Assembly: GCA_964057225.1 (NCBI GenBank)
Contig: OZ059895.1
Span: forward strand, 8,370,001-8,434,000
Direction: 5' to 3'
Source: Auanema rhodensis
Taxonomy: Eukaryota; Animalia; Nematoda
DNA length: 64,000 nt
Part shown: piece by piece, positions 27,201-41,000 of the stretch
Layout: every line of letters begins with the position of its first letter
How positions within the stretch are numbered: the first letter of the stretch is position 1
The notes under the pieces: model-generated
The model's database searches: none
What the model was told of the DNA's origin: nothing
The model's input: the letters and a program-made list of their open reading frames with translations, nothing else
Translations under genes and position numbers: made by a program

Positions 27201-28791
27201 AATTCAGATCTGAGCATTATATGTTATTATGCATATTAAAAACTGTGCCTTACGATGTTAATGAAAAATCAACTTTCTTCTTATTTAAATATTCTAACTT
27301 TCGGCGAACCATTCCCAAAATTAATTCTAATCGTTCTCTGATCATGAGCAAAAGAATATGACCAGATACGGATGTTTCCTTAATAGAACAACACTAACAT
27401 AACCAAATGAAATTTTAACCCTACTTGAAACTGTGGATTATCAGGAGTTTCGGCAGCACATTCATTCTTGGCAAGTGCAAGGAGTTTTTGAGCCATATAT
27501 GTTAGAAGATGATATTTATCTTCATTGTTTTTCAAATGAACTGCTACAGTACTCCTTATTAAAAACTCTCCAGCTATCTAGAAAAAGTTAATAAGTAAAT
27601 ATTATTTCCTCATTTATTACTTCATCATCTTCCCATGGACCTATTCTGTCGGCAATAACAACACGTAATCTTGTTCCTAATGCTTTTAAGGCAGCTTTTT
27701 TGTGTAATACTCCTTCTTCTTGGCACTGTGAGAGCATATTCAATACAGAATTTTCCCAGAAACTATCATTTTTACGTATCCTAAACAATACATTTAAATA
27801 TTTATAAAGTTAATTGCTTACCTAGTTAAATCAGCAGCTATTTGAGAATCATTTCTATTAGTCAAAGATTTGAGTACATATAAGAAAGGAACATAGAATA
27901 TTTCATTCCGGAACTGAAATACATTCTTTACTTTTAGTGACTCTTAAGATAAACAACCTGAAGAGCAACTTGAACTCCTCCTGTTTCCAAATAATGAAGA
28001 GTCATTAGTACAGCAGTATGGTTATCCAACACTGACCTCATCATGACACCAAATTCGGTGAAAAGTTTTCCCTGCAAATATCTTAATTTTCAAAAACAAT
28101 AAGCTATATACCTTTTCTCGCAAAGACTTTCTCACTAAGGCAATGGGATAATTTCTTCTATTGGCTATTAACAAACGCATGACCTGAAACTTTGTTGAAA
28201 TATTTTCAACTTTTTACTTCAAACCTTTTCACTTCCTTTGCATACGAAATAGCCTCCCATTTCTTCTGATTCTTCACCTATTCTGATCAGATCTTTCTTG
28301 CTCATTTTCGATAAGTGACATGCACTAGACTTCAACATAATAGGAATCTAAAAGCAAAATTAGTTTATTCCAGTTTCAATTTCATACCTTTCCCAGAACA
28401 GTTTCAAACAAGTCGATCCTCTTACCATTAGATTTAATCTTTAAAAAAAATTAGGAATTTTTTTATAAATATTCTCACCTCGATTCCAACTTTGAGATTT
28501 CCTGAATATGTCAAACCTCGTTGACGACATTCTGATGGAAGTAATCGTAAGCTATCGGAAACTGCTCCTTTGTACTATAATTTACAATTTTTTATTGTTT
28601 GATAAACAAAAACGTACATTGGAATCTAAGCTAGGTGATTCTAATGTGGCACTTGTATAAGAAACTTCTATGGCTTCTCCATTAGCAAGCAAAAATTTTT
28701 CTTTAGGTACATTTAAAGCAGCACGATGTAATCCTTCTTCTACTAAGTAGTTGAAAGATTCAATATGATAAGAAGCTACGTCACACTCCAT
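24257..28791 (-). CDS. rpoa-2: RNA polymerase I second-largest subunit (RPA2/POLR1B)
   Basis: [108 protein letters not shown]. Confidence 0.96.
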
Positions 28792-29066
28792 TTCAATCTA
28801 GAATAAAAAGTTTAGCAACCCAAAAAAAACATTAAAACGGATAATTTAATACGATTCTCAAAAATTATGAAAGCGTAGGTACAAATTAGCATCGGAGCGA
28901 AGATTATAAAGAGAGCATGAAAATGAAATTTTTTTAAACTGTGGGTTCAGAACTAAAAATTCTAACAATAATTAGTTTTCATCTCACATCTAAACTAATA
29001 TTAATTTTAACTAACTTTGCCATAATTTTAAAATTGAATTTACATATTATAATATTCAGATTTTGA

Positions 29067-31399
29067 ATGAAAAGTCTTTTTGATTTGAGAGACCGAAGAA
29101 ATTACTTTCCGAATTCAGATCATTATAATGTAAATTGCAATTATCGGTATGTCTATTAACATAATTAGCTTTTCTTCACCTGTGTTGCAGACCTCGTTAC
29201 CCTAATAATGAAACTTTATTACCCGCACTTCCAATAACCCGATGCTTTTCACCTATACACCCTTTGGGCATAATACCTGAAGGTCACAATAACTTCGCAC
29301 AACCTATGTTCCCTTGTTTTAGATTCAGATCGTATCATTTTCCCCCCTGCTCTTAAGGCAATAATCATTGCATGTGAAATATGTTCCACCAAAATAACAT
29401 TAAGATGGCACCTTTACAATGAGTTTTCCCTACGTAGTAAGGCACATCACATTTACACAGTAGAGTACTAACTTTAAGGAAACGTTCGTTATATTATCGA
29501 AGTTCGTGAATATAATAAAGACGTAGAAAAATTTCACAAGCATGTAGTCTCTTGGAGGGCTACCACTGATTTCGAAGCTGTTTCTGGCCATAAATATGAG
29601 TAAGTTTTAAATTCCCATACTTTTAATTAGATTTTTTAACAGTTTGACAATTCGATGTGTTGAAAATAATACAAAAAATGTTATTGCTGAGGGCCGTCAT
29701 ACAGTGAAAGTTGGTATGTGTTGAGATATTAATTGAAAGTTTCATTTTCTGCTTATTCAGTATTTAGTAATATGGAACAATATGCATTATTAGAGAAGGC
29801 TTATCATTTCGTAGGCCCTAATATGCATCCGTTTCAAGTTGTCTATAGGTAGTTAGTCTGAATGAGTTGTTTTGAGACGATCTATAATCTACAGATGCAA
29901 GCCTAAGGCTTATTGGGATGAAATACATTTTATTGGAAATGGCTTAATGATTCCCTATGAAAAAGATACCAATGGACAGCCCGCAAATAGAATTAATGAG
30001 GAGATAAACGGTAGTCACTTTGACGCCTCTTTTCATCATTTCTCTTTTAAGGATTATTCTTTAATGCTAGGACTACACACGACGGCTCTCTTCCAACACA
30101 ATCTCCATTTGGAGAAATTCGAATCAAAATTCCTGCTATGGTACATTTGAACTTGTATTTAAATGCTTAAATACCCCCGTTTTGCATTATTTGTAGCGTT
30201 TACTTGATCCTTCGAGATATAGCTTCTATTTTTCTGATTTTTACTGCAATCAGAAATTGTACGAATCTCATAATGAAAAGCGACCTCATTATGTAACTGT
30301 TGTGGTCACTTTGGTAAATTCACCTGCGGATATCTACTGTAAATCAAGTCTAATACGCTTGGATATCTTTAATAACGCATTCCTCAGAGTATTTCTGAAT
30401 GTTCTTATTCAATTTACAAGTTTACTTTTAGTATGTAACTCATCTCGATACGTTTTTCGTAAGCTCCACAGTTTGGGTTGAGATATTCTTTACCGAGCTT
30501 GTCCCTCTGAACTGGGGTCAGTTCGACAATGTAATAGCATCAGGTAAACTTAAAAGGAGAATATAATAAGAAACATTTTCTTTGAGGTTTCGGTACTTCT
30601 AAATGTGGGGGTTTACCGAATAACAAGTTTTGTGAAGTATGCAATTTGCATCCTCAGAAAAGACCAGTAGATAATCAGGTGAGAATATCATCTTTTAAGT
30701 TATCATATGGACGCGTTTAGTTATCTATTACTAACGAAACATCAAACAAGCAAAATATATCTGATGTGAAAAGTCCTGCTCAAGCTAAATGTTCTGATCT
30801 TTTGAAGAATCCTGTACAGCCCAGCAAATATGAGCCATCATCAGAGACTTTAAAAATATTGCCTGACTTTTCTGACGAAGTATCTACACTTTTGCTTGTG
30901 GAATCTTCAGAATCAAACGAAAAGGAGCAATCTGAACCTGAACGGCTAGCTGATTCTAAGCCAATGCCTCTTAAGAGGGCTCATTCCGATATGCCAGATA
31001 ACTCTGAGCCATTGTCTAAGATTCCCGCCGTTGGCTCAGGTGAAGTCGTTAAGATGGCAACGCGTCTAATTCCCGAACTTGAAAAAAAAGAAGAATTAAT
31101 GCAAGGAAGGGATACCAACACAGCGGATACTAGAAATCTTCTAAGTCCCGCTGAAGCTATACTAAATGGTCTACTACAGAATGACTTCCTTGAGGTATAC
31201 AATAGAGTATATGCATGTTAGATACGTTTTCTAGGAGATTGATGACTCCGAAAAAAGTAGTAGCCAGAACGAAAACGATGAAGCGCAAGCTGTAAAAGAT
31301 TCTCAAAAGGTTATATAAGTTTTTCCTATTTGGGTAACATGTATGTTTAAGAATAATCTAACAGTAAAACCATTACAAGAAAGAACATCGAATTGCTAA
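29067..31399 (+). CDS. Phytanoyl-CoA hydroxylase-interacting protein-like (PHYHIP/PHYHIPL) with acidic C-terminal extension
   Basis: YRCKPKAYWD, KDTNGQPANRIN, LPTQSPFG, FYFSDFYC, HYVTVV, NNAFL, WVEIFFTE and C-terminal CEVCN match the PHYHIP C-terminal domain pattern. Confidence 0.8.
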
Positions 31400-31801
31400 C
31401 GAAACCAGCTAAAAGAAGTAATTCCTAAATAAAAATAATCATGGAAATTTAACGTAAAGTTCAACTTTGATTTTTATTAATATATTTAATTTACAGTGAA
31501 AATAAGGATTAAACATATCAAACTTTTAATAATTACATTGTCTTATTAACGTTCCCCGTTATAATATGTACAGTAATAATGTATTTGCATTTTTTAAGCA
31601 GTTTCAATATTAGTATCTCATTATACAGAAGTTTTCAAGAATAATATCTAGCTTTTTATTAGAAATGTTTTGAATGAATATTTTATGATACATACTATTG
31701 TCACAATATATGTATATATATATCAGAAAGTTTTATCTCTATATCTTCTTGGTAATAATTAAAAGTGAAAGTAGTGTCGTTTTTATTCAGATATTCATAT
31801 T

Positions 31802-33414
31802 ATGGGCAAAATTGAGAATTTCTTGGATTGGTGTAGAAAAAAAGAAATAAACTTTGATGGTTTAGAAATACGATCTGCAGGAGAAGTTTATTTGCTGGTT
31901 TTAGTAATTAGTTCAACATTTCAAATAGGGTCTTGGTAATGGTATTTTTGCCACGCGCTTTTTTAGAAGAGAAGAAAAATGCATTAGCTTGCCAGAAAAA
32001 CATTTGATTACTGCTGGAATGGTTGCAAACATGCAACCTTATTCAGAGCTTCTGGATAAGTCACCGTAAGAACAGCTGGAAAACATTCACAGTATTCCTT
32101 TTTAAGCGTTCAACTAAAACCGTTCGAAGTATTGACTTTGTTCTTCTGTTTGGAAAAATCTCCAGAATCAGAATGGTCCCCTTATTTGGAGGTACTTCCA
32201 GAAACCTTTTCTACTCCAGCTTTCTTGGAATTAAAATACGATCCTCTGGATTTGCCATTATCAATTCGCGACTTCTATGAGAATCAAGTCAGAGATCTGA
32301 AAGAAAATTTTGAAAATGTAACAATCTGTTTTATTCTTCTCAATTTGGAACATTATCCGTATTTTCAGCTTCAAAAAATTGTCCCTGACTTAGGTTATAA
32401 AACTTTCGTGTGGGCTTGGCATGTTGTGAATACAAGATGCATATATGTAGAGAATAAGGCTCATCCGAAAATTGATTGCTCTGAAGGAGGTTCTTGCTTT
32501 TTGGAAATTCTCAATAATTCGATATTTATAGATACATTAGCTGTAATTCCCTTTGTCGATATGTTGAACCATCAGCCTGTACCTCAAGTATATTATGATA
32601 TTGATTATTTAAAAGTCAGTATAAACTTTTTTAGTGTCTTGCTCTACATTTCAAAGTAGCCAAAACGTACGAAGTAAAAACCTGCCAATGTTTTTGTGAA
32701 GGCGATGAGGTAAATAATGATGACATTATATTTTAAAGTGAGTTACCAGATCCACGTCAGCTATGGTCCACATGACAATCCTCGATTATGGATGGAATAT
32801 GGATTTACTCTACCTGACAACATTCATGAAAAAGTAGTTATAACTAAAGGTTTCATCAATTTCTATCGTTGAAACAGAGCATATTTTAAGAACTCTTCCT
32901 TGCACTAGCAATGAAAGCAGACTTAACTGTAGATGATGCTCATAAAAAAATATTCTTTGAAGCAAACTTGCCAACGTAAGTATTATATTAATTGGCATAA
33001 AAATTATTTATTTTTAGGACTTTGTATAAAAGTGATGAAGGACCCGGATATTCTTTCAGATCGAATATTCGTATATTAATGCTAACAAAAAATCAACTGT
33101 TAGACAAACTTCATTGCATATAATAGCCAATGTATTCAGATCACAATGGCAAGACATTGTATATATGGAACATTTCGATGACTCGGAAAATGCTGATGGT
33201 GTGCACAAAAACCCAGAAAAGGAAGAAAATGCAATAATAACAAAAATGATGACAGAATTAAAAATAAGTCTTCTGCAAAAGAAAAACAAAGTACTTGATG
33301 TTTAAACAGGAGAATTTCAATTAAATATTTTAGGCTCATGCTGATATTCAATGGATGTGGGAAAATCAAATAGACATCATTGATGGGGTGATGAAAGCTG
33401 TTCAGCCAACGTAA
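31802..33414 (+). CDS. SET-domain protein lysine methyltransferase, SETD4/Rubisco-LSMT class (set-29-like)
   Basis: GLGNGIFA, SEWSPYLEVLP, WAWHVVNTRC, AVIPFVDMLNH, SYGPHDNPRLWMEYGF. Confidence 0.88.
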
Positions 33415-33554
33415 TCCTAGTCATCTAGATGAAAGATATCTATACAAATTGAGTGAAATTTTATTATTTTATTAGGTTATATTGAGCAGATCTATAAGAA
33501 GATTCATAATAAAGTTACAATGTTTTGACAGTATGTTTTCCACGATATAAGAGA

Positions 33555-34635
33555 TCAAATTACAATGGGAGTATGCCTCTTTTTCCGCATATAGTCATCT
33601 AATTCCCTATCTAACTGTTCCACACTCTTCTTGGATCCAAAGTTTTCATTCTTGATTTAAAACGTTTTGAATGGTTTTTGGTCGGAAGGACTACCTGTGG
33701 TTTTCTTCCTCTACTAACTTTCACACCACGACCAGGAGCAGTATTAACTCCTCTTTTTTTGAAAACAGTCTTGACTTGATTAGAAATTTGTGGTCTGAAG
33801 AGAAAGCCTGACATAATGTTACGGCTTTGACTAGCTACCTCGAAGAGAATGCTGCGCCTCTTCCTCTTCCAAATGGAGCACCTCGCTGACCACCTCGAGG
33901 TTTTCCAGTACCTCTTTCACGAAAATTGGTAACAGGGACAGAAAGCCGATTTTCTAAAATAAACCTTTAAAAATATCCAACAAGGTTTACAAACCAATTG
34001 GAACTGTCATGTTTCTAATAGGAACTTCCATGTTTCTAATAGGAACTACTCGTGTTCGAACAGGAGGTCTGAAGCGTCTTCTAGGCATAACAACCTACAA
34101 AAATGTAAAAAAATAATAATAGAAAAATATATAACGCCTAACCTCTTCAAACTCCATGGGAGTTTGTTCTATTATTTCATAATTATTACTGTAGTTCTGA
34201 AAACATATATATATATTTCGAAATATAATCGGTACAAACTTTAGATTGAAATCGCATTTTGGGAGGAACTGAATTAAAAGATCCTCTACCACCACGATGA
34301 GAAGGCAATCTTTTCGGAGGAGGTAAATTGGAGAACCTACAATCAACTCGACTATTTAATTTAACTAAACAGAAATATTTATGAACATACTCTTGGGCTA
34401 CATTAAAAGTCGTATAGAGCATTATTGATAATTTGAAAGAATGGATTTAGATTAACAAACTGGATTACGAAATAATTTTTGCTATTAAAACTAATACAGA
34501 TGTTTAATCAAACTATTGTTGTGCTATGTTAGTTAGTTAAACAAAGCTATTGGATATAAAAACCAACCTATCATTCAGTTTTATAGCTGATGTGCCAGCA
34601 ATAACAATCTTATTAGGTATTCCCAAATCTTTCAT
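33555..34635 (-). CDS. CHTOP: Chromatin target of PRMT1 / Friend of Prmt1 homologue
   Basis: N-terminal KIVIAGTSAIKLNDRFSNL, RG-rich centre (PRGGQRGAPFGRGRG) and C-terminal FoP/UBM motif SVEQLDRELDDYM. All exons splice in frame. Not fully captured by the ORF track. Confidence 0.82.
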
Positions 34636-35036
34636 AATTTACTGAAACTCAAAAAATGCTATGTTATAATATAAAAATAAAATAATGACTCATAAAGAAG
34701 AGGAGCAGTTATATATTATAAGCAATAATATTAAGACCATAGAACGGTGATTGATTTTAATAAACATAAAATGGAACAAAACAAGAAAACAACCTTAACT
34801 AAAATTTCGTGAAAATAGAAATAAAGCAATAGATAAAAACATTGTTAGAAGCCTTTTAAAACGGATATTGACCTTTTGCGCATTTTGAGTGCTAGCCCAA
34901 TCTTATGGTAGGTCTTGGAAAATTCGACACGATGAGAGGAGGAAAAGGTCAACTTGCGCGTATTTTTGCATTGTTTATTACAGCAATGAGAGAAAAGCTT
35001 AATAAACGATTTCAGATGTATTGTAAAAACAAATGA

Positions 35037-38000
35037 TTAAGATATCATATGTGATATGATTACAGGCCAATTTGACAATAGGCCGTATATTGAAAGGAAT
35101 GCAAAAAGTAATAATAAGACCCAAAGCAATAAATGTGGAGCTAGGGAATCATAGCACCAGCCGAGAAATGGACGAATTCTGCAAATTGGAAAATGGAATT
35201 GCAAAGGTTCTGATAATGTGCAAGCCTATTACCTAGACGTAATGTAAAATGTGTTCCATGTAGATCGATAAGGTTTCGGAAGGTATGGACTCTAGAACAA
35301 ACATCTGGTCATGTAATAATCTGCATAACCCAAACGTGGTTAGGTTCTTTGCGATTTTTCCCAACGGGATCTGACGCGGCATCTTCTTTAGTTAAAAGAC
35401 TGAACTCCATTTCTACCAAACCAGTAACAGAATAATGAATCAAAAAATCATCGTTCTTTTTTCTTTGAGCTTCATAAGTTTCAATCTTAATCAAATACTA
35501 AATAAGCGTAATGTGCACCATAATACTGAATCATTCTTATGGTTAGCTGTAACAACTGGCCACCATCCACGGCATACTCCTGTTTCTAACAAGGAAATTC
35601 GTGAACCAAAATTATTGAAAGAGAATGGCTTTAATATAATTACGTTTATTAGCATATTTTTCAAATAATTACCGGAGCTCTGGGTAGGTTCTTGTTTTTT
35701 TTAGAACATGCGTGCAAACAGCAACCTTTTCTATTTTCCAACATTTAAAACAGATTATAAGGCGATAACTCACAGGCTTTTGCACAATCTCGGTGTGCAC
35801 ATTTTGCTTTTTCGCTTAGTGTTGTTCGGAAGTTGATGAGGATCAGAGTATCCTTCTATATTAAAGTAATATTAAAAAAATGTTGTTTCGAACCTTTAAA
35901 ATTTGTTATGTCAAAATGCATCTCTCCAAGTTTATAATCGCCATGGAATCGATGTTTGTCCCAAAGTTCTAAAATAAAGACAGGGTCTACCAACTCTTCC
36001 TTTTTTTTGCTAAAAAGAATATCATGCTTCTTCAAACAAACTAATGTACCCAAAAAGTTTAACTTTTCTTAAGTTTTGAATTTTATTTTCCCAATGATTG
36101 TATTTTATTTGAAAAATAAATCTCCAATTGAACTCGGCGTACCGATCAGCCCTGCAATTATTTCAAAACAGTGAAATATATGTAAATATGTATAAACCTG
36201 TAATGAACATCAGTTCTTTCCGAGACACTAGAAGAATTCATGTAACCTTTAACATAAAGATCGGTCACCTGTAACGACCCTGATAAAAACTAACAAAAAA
36301 ACAAATAGGATGCATAGAAGAATAACACAAACGGGCTGTCCAAAATTTTGTCTATTGGATATTATATTGGCGACATTAAAAATGCACACTCTTAGTTCAT
36401 ATTCTTTTGGAATCCTAGGTGTTATATCAATGGGAGCAGGTACAGGACCGAAATCCATCTGGAATGTATGGAGAGAAATATATGATGTTATTGTTATTAT
36501 TTACGGGAAATATATCAACAAACATGCGTAGCTGTCCACAAGAACGTTTACCTGTCATCTGTGAAAACAATTGGCGACTTTCGACATGCTCAGGTACAAG
36601 ATTCATCTACAATGTGATTGTAATAGTTTAGAATATTGTATGTATACCAGATTAAGCAAACGAAGAGCAACATTCTGTAATGGACTTCCTAATATTGTTT
36701 TGCGATTCATTTCGCGAATCATTTTCATGGTGTCATCAGTTAAAGCAGAATTATTTGTTTGCATCTTTAAAAATAATACAAAAATATAATTTAAACCAAA
36801 ATAAAACCTTTAGTAAATTAGAAATACAAACTCCGCCTTTGCACACTGAAGGATGTGAACAGTTCTAAATACATATATAACAATATAAGTGTTTCTTATA
36901 AACAAACAGTTTGAGAATTATTGAATTGAGTTAAATTTTGTAAATTTTGCACATGATTTGGCCTATATAAACATAATTATAGATATACTCACACATATAG
37001 TTATAAATATTTTTTAAAAACTCAAAAAAAAGTATACCTATCAAAAGTATTCATTATTTGGGAATACCATAATTCTGTTTCAAACATTTCAATTCCAACA
37101 TCATCATTTTTTTCTAATATTTTAGGTTGTGGTATTTGCATTTTCTTGCAATATCTTAAATAAATAAATAGAGGAATTTCACAAAAACACACACTTTTTC
37201 AAAATCTCCAGAGGACTATCTTGATCTCTTCGAACAGTGAAGCTATTCTTCGTGTACTGGTATGGCAATCCTACAGTAGCTCTCCATTTTGTTAGTAAAC
37301 GATTCTCCACGTCAATTTTTGTTGATCCAATTTCGTCATCTTCAAAAATCATTTTTAATATTGTTAAAACCAGATGATTACCAGTCAGTATGGTTCGATG
37401 ATTCATTACTGTGACACAAAGATCTTTTTGAACAGGAACAGTAATATTGAATTGAACCATCTGACCAAAAATTGGGTTTGTTGTGTCACATTTGTAGGAA
37501 TTTCTTAAGTTAATCTAAATTATAATAATATAAATTACAATAATGCTAGTAAAAACTTTTTCATCTCCGCAACGTATAATCAAGTAAGGATCGATGGATC
37601 CGTTAGATTGGGGAGAAACCAAATCACGACACTCAATAATATAAACTCGAACACAACATTTCACTGGTCCCAAAAATTCAACCGGAGGATTATAAAGTTC
37701 AACTTGAATAATTAATATATAGTTTATTTATGTGAAGAATGAACGAACCATTTTGATCTGATTCTTTTTTTGTAATAAACAACTTTCCCTTCAATTCGCC
37801 TATAACTTCAGGAATTTCGTGATCGTTCAGGTTCTGAAACTTTCAAAATTAAAGCAGTTATGATAATATGATTTACGTTTTTATAACGAACAAAGGGCAG
37901 AACGTCGAGAAAATCGGCAAAACCCTCTGGCTCATAATGTTCTTCAAGACTATTTCGTAATACCATTAAATATTCAAATCCAGATCTGAAGAACATAATA

Positions 38001-41000
38001 GAAATATAATACTATTAACTTAATACTGAAAGAATTTTGGAGCTTTTTCATAATTCCCTTGTGAAGCATAATATTTAGACCACCAGTCACACATATCGTC
38101 AAGCTAAAAACAGTTTATATTAATAATTATCATAAAAAACGGATAAGAAAAGGTTTCAAATTACTTTATTCTGAATCCCATGTTCATTTTCGTTCTCTAT
38201 TTCAATCCGGGTTCTTTGATCAAATTCTGTCCAGTCAGCTATTGGATTTAATTTATTTTTCTGTACATTAAACATAATATTTAGATAAATAATTGTATTG
38301 ACATACATTAGGCGATGATCTTATAAATTTTGTATATTTTGATATTTGACATACACCAATGAGCTTTTGGCGCATAAACGATCGAGAGTCATACAAATTT
38401 ATAACAATCGGTGGTGATAATTCGAGTGATCGAGGTAAATTAACCTATTATTTAGCAGATAATCAAATTATGAATAGTTATAGCTAATAGTCGTTAAAAG
38501 TTTAAAAATAGTTAAACTGCATACCTCGGGAAATGTAATCCATGGTTCTTCAAAATTTGGATTTTTCTTAATATTCTTTATACAGCTTGTTTGAAAATCT
38601 TGGTTTCCAATAAAAATTTCCAAAAACGGTTTTCGAACTTTTTGAAACTAATCAGAGATTAAAGCATATAGAGCAAAATAAAATACATGAGATTCAGAAA
38701 TATTTCTCAAGCCCCAACAAAGGATATTAACCACATACTGTTGAAACTTAGGTTTCATCTCCGATGGTATATCAAATCGATTTCTAAGAGTTGTAAAACT
38801 TTTATAAGATAACAGAAATATATGAAAAATGAACCTTCGAACAGCTTTTCGAGTAGGTTCCAAAGGCAATGTATCTGCAGTTTTATCAATACAAAATAGT
38901 TCAAAAGATGCCAACAAAGATCCACTAAATATATGTTTTTGTTTATTTTGTATAATACTTATTCACCTTGATTTGCCTTTGGATTGAAGAATTAGGTTCC
39001 ACTCTGGCTTTGTGCGATCTACTGATACACCAGGCACTGTTACTGGACATACTTCAAAACTTCCAAAAAAAACCTAAAAAATATAATTTTCCCTTCTGTT
39101 AATTGAGTGCTATAAACTTCAGTGTTATTGGATTTTTCACCATATAATTCAACGTATATGCTCGGAGGATTTCCACATATTTCATGCTTGGAACCAGGTA
39201 TTGGTATCTAACAGAACTTAATGAAATATTTCAAACAAACAGTTTACTTGATCAAGAAGAAGCGTTTCATTCCATATAGGGTTTTGTGATTTTGTTACAA
39301 CTAATGTTTGAGTAGCACGATGCAAAAATGAAACTCTAACAAATAATCCTATAGAATCTTCAATTAAAGACAATATGTCCTATTAAAAAATATTAATTAA
39401 AATTTCTTAAGAATAAGTATACTTTAGCCCAAAATATGTAGCAACGCAGCTGCCAGAGGGTAGTAGAATTATGAATTTCAAAAACTCTGGGCTCGCTTAG
39501 CTTATTCCTGTAAAAAAGATGTATATAACACTTCTTACTGTTAGTATTTACGTATTATTATCAACTTCTATCAAAAATCGTCTTCTTCGCTTTGTCGCTT
39601 CCTTAGCATCACAGTGAAAAGCTTTTCCGACTGCTTTTGAATACTGTAATTTACTATTATAATATAAAAAATATATAATTAGTATGAGTATGACCTCCCA
39701 TTCCATATCACCAATATCTTTAACAACATTTGCCAATATTTGTTTTTCAATGTTAACCTGAACAATTCGACGTGTTCGTACTACACCTCGTCTTCGAAAG
39801 CGATAGCACGGCCTATGGAAGTGATGCTATGAAGCACAATATACTTTTATGAAATGAATTACCTATCTACAGTATCAACAATAGTATCTGAACTAAACTT
39901 TTTATCTGATGAATATACCCATCCGTTTTGATCTCCAATATTACTATGTGGATCAACAGTACATTTTCCATCGTATGTCCAACCTGATTTCAATAATAAT
40001 ATTCAGAATGATAAGAATATCACCATCTGGTGCAGTCTCAATATTGTGTTGATCTCCAAAATAGTTTGTAAATGATATTGCAGTCCATCTATCATAAACA
40101 ATTCAAAGCATAACAACTATGAAAACAGACCACATGTCATACCTTCCAGCTATTCTCTCTTGTAGTTGATATGCTTTATCGATAGAGATGGTCAATCCAT
40201 TTTCTTCACTACATATCCACATGTGTTGAGTGTTTCGTGCTGTCCAGTGCCCCTATAAACTACATAGACTATAAATCTTCAACGTATATTACCAAAAATG
40301 AATAATTATTCGGGGAAATAGGTATTGGCATTGAGCAATGTTCATCGGTCCAGCCAGGTTCCATGGGTGTCCATTCGTTAGCTATGCTACTTTTTTTCTA
40401 TTAAATATGTATAAAACAAAAATAAAGAAAGAAAGAAACCTCATATTCAAATACTTCCAAAAAATGTTTAATTTGTGCCGGTTGAGTTATATCATGTAAG
40501 CTTCGAATATTATCGTTCTGTCCAAACCAAACTTTAGCGTGTAAAATTCCAACAAACTGATGAAGAAACTGTGAATCCCATTGGAAACTATTCAAAAAAA
40601 CCTCCTCTGTTCTATGATTTTTATGAATTGACGAATTCCAATCTAGTCGCAATGGTCGGACTTTTCCACAGTAATCACCTCGAAAAGCATCATTTGAATG
40701 AAAGAAAACCTTGATAAAAATAATTATGAGAGATGAGAGATAACATTACCTCATATGCAGGTATTCTTATAACTCCTACTGTTTGATCATCGGCCACCAT
40801 TTTTATGATAATATCGGGTAAAGATATCTAAACTATATCTATTTTCCTTTTGAATTTATTATAAATACCTGTATATCATTACATATAGATTCAATCAAAC
40901 ATCTGAAATGATTAAGTATGTTGCTTCCTTCGGCAGAAGTGTTTTCAATGGATTGTAAAACATGAAAACGATATAATTCAATATCTTTTATAATCTGAAA

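Noticed and set aside
29433-29478. Apparent GC donor (AAG|GCACAT) in the PHYHIP-like gene
   Set aside because: Phase requires the canonical A|GTAAGG donor.
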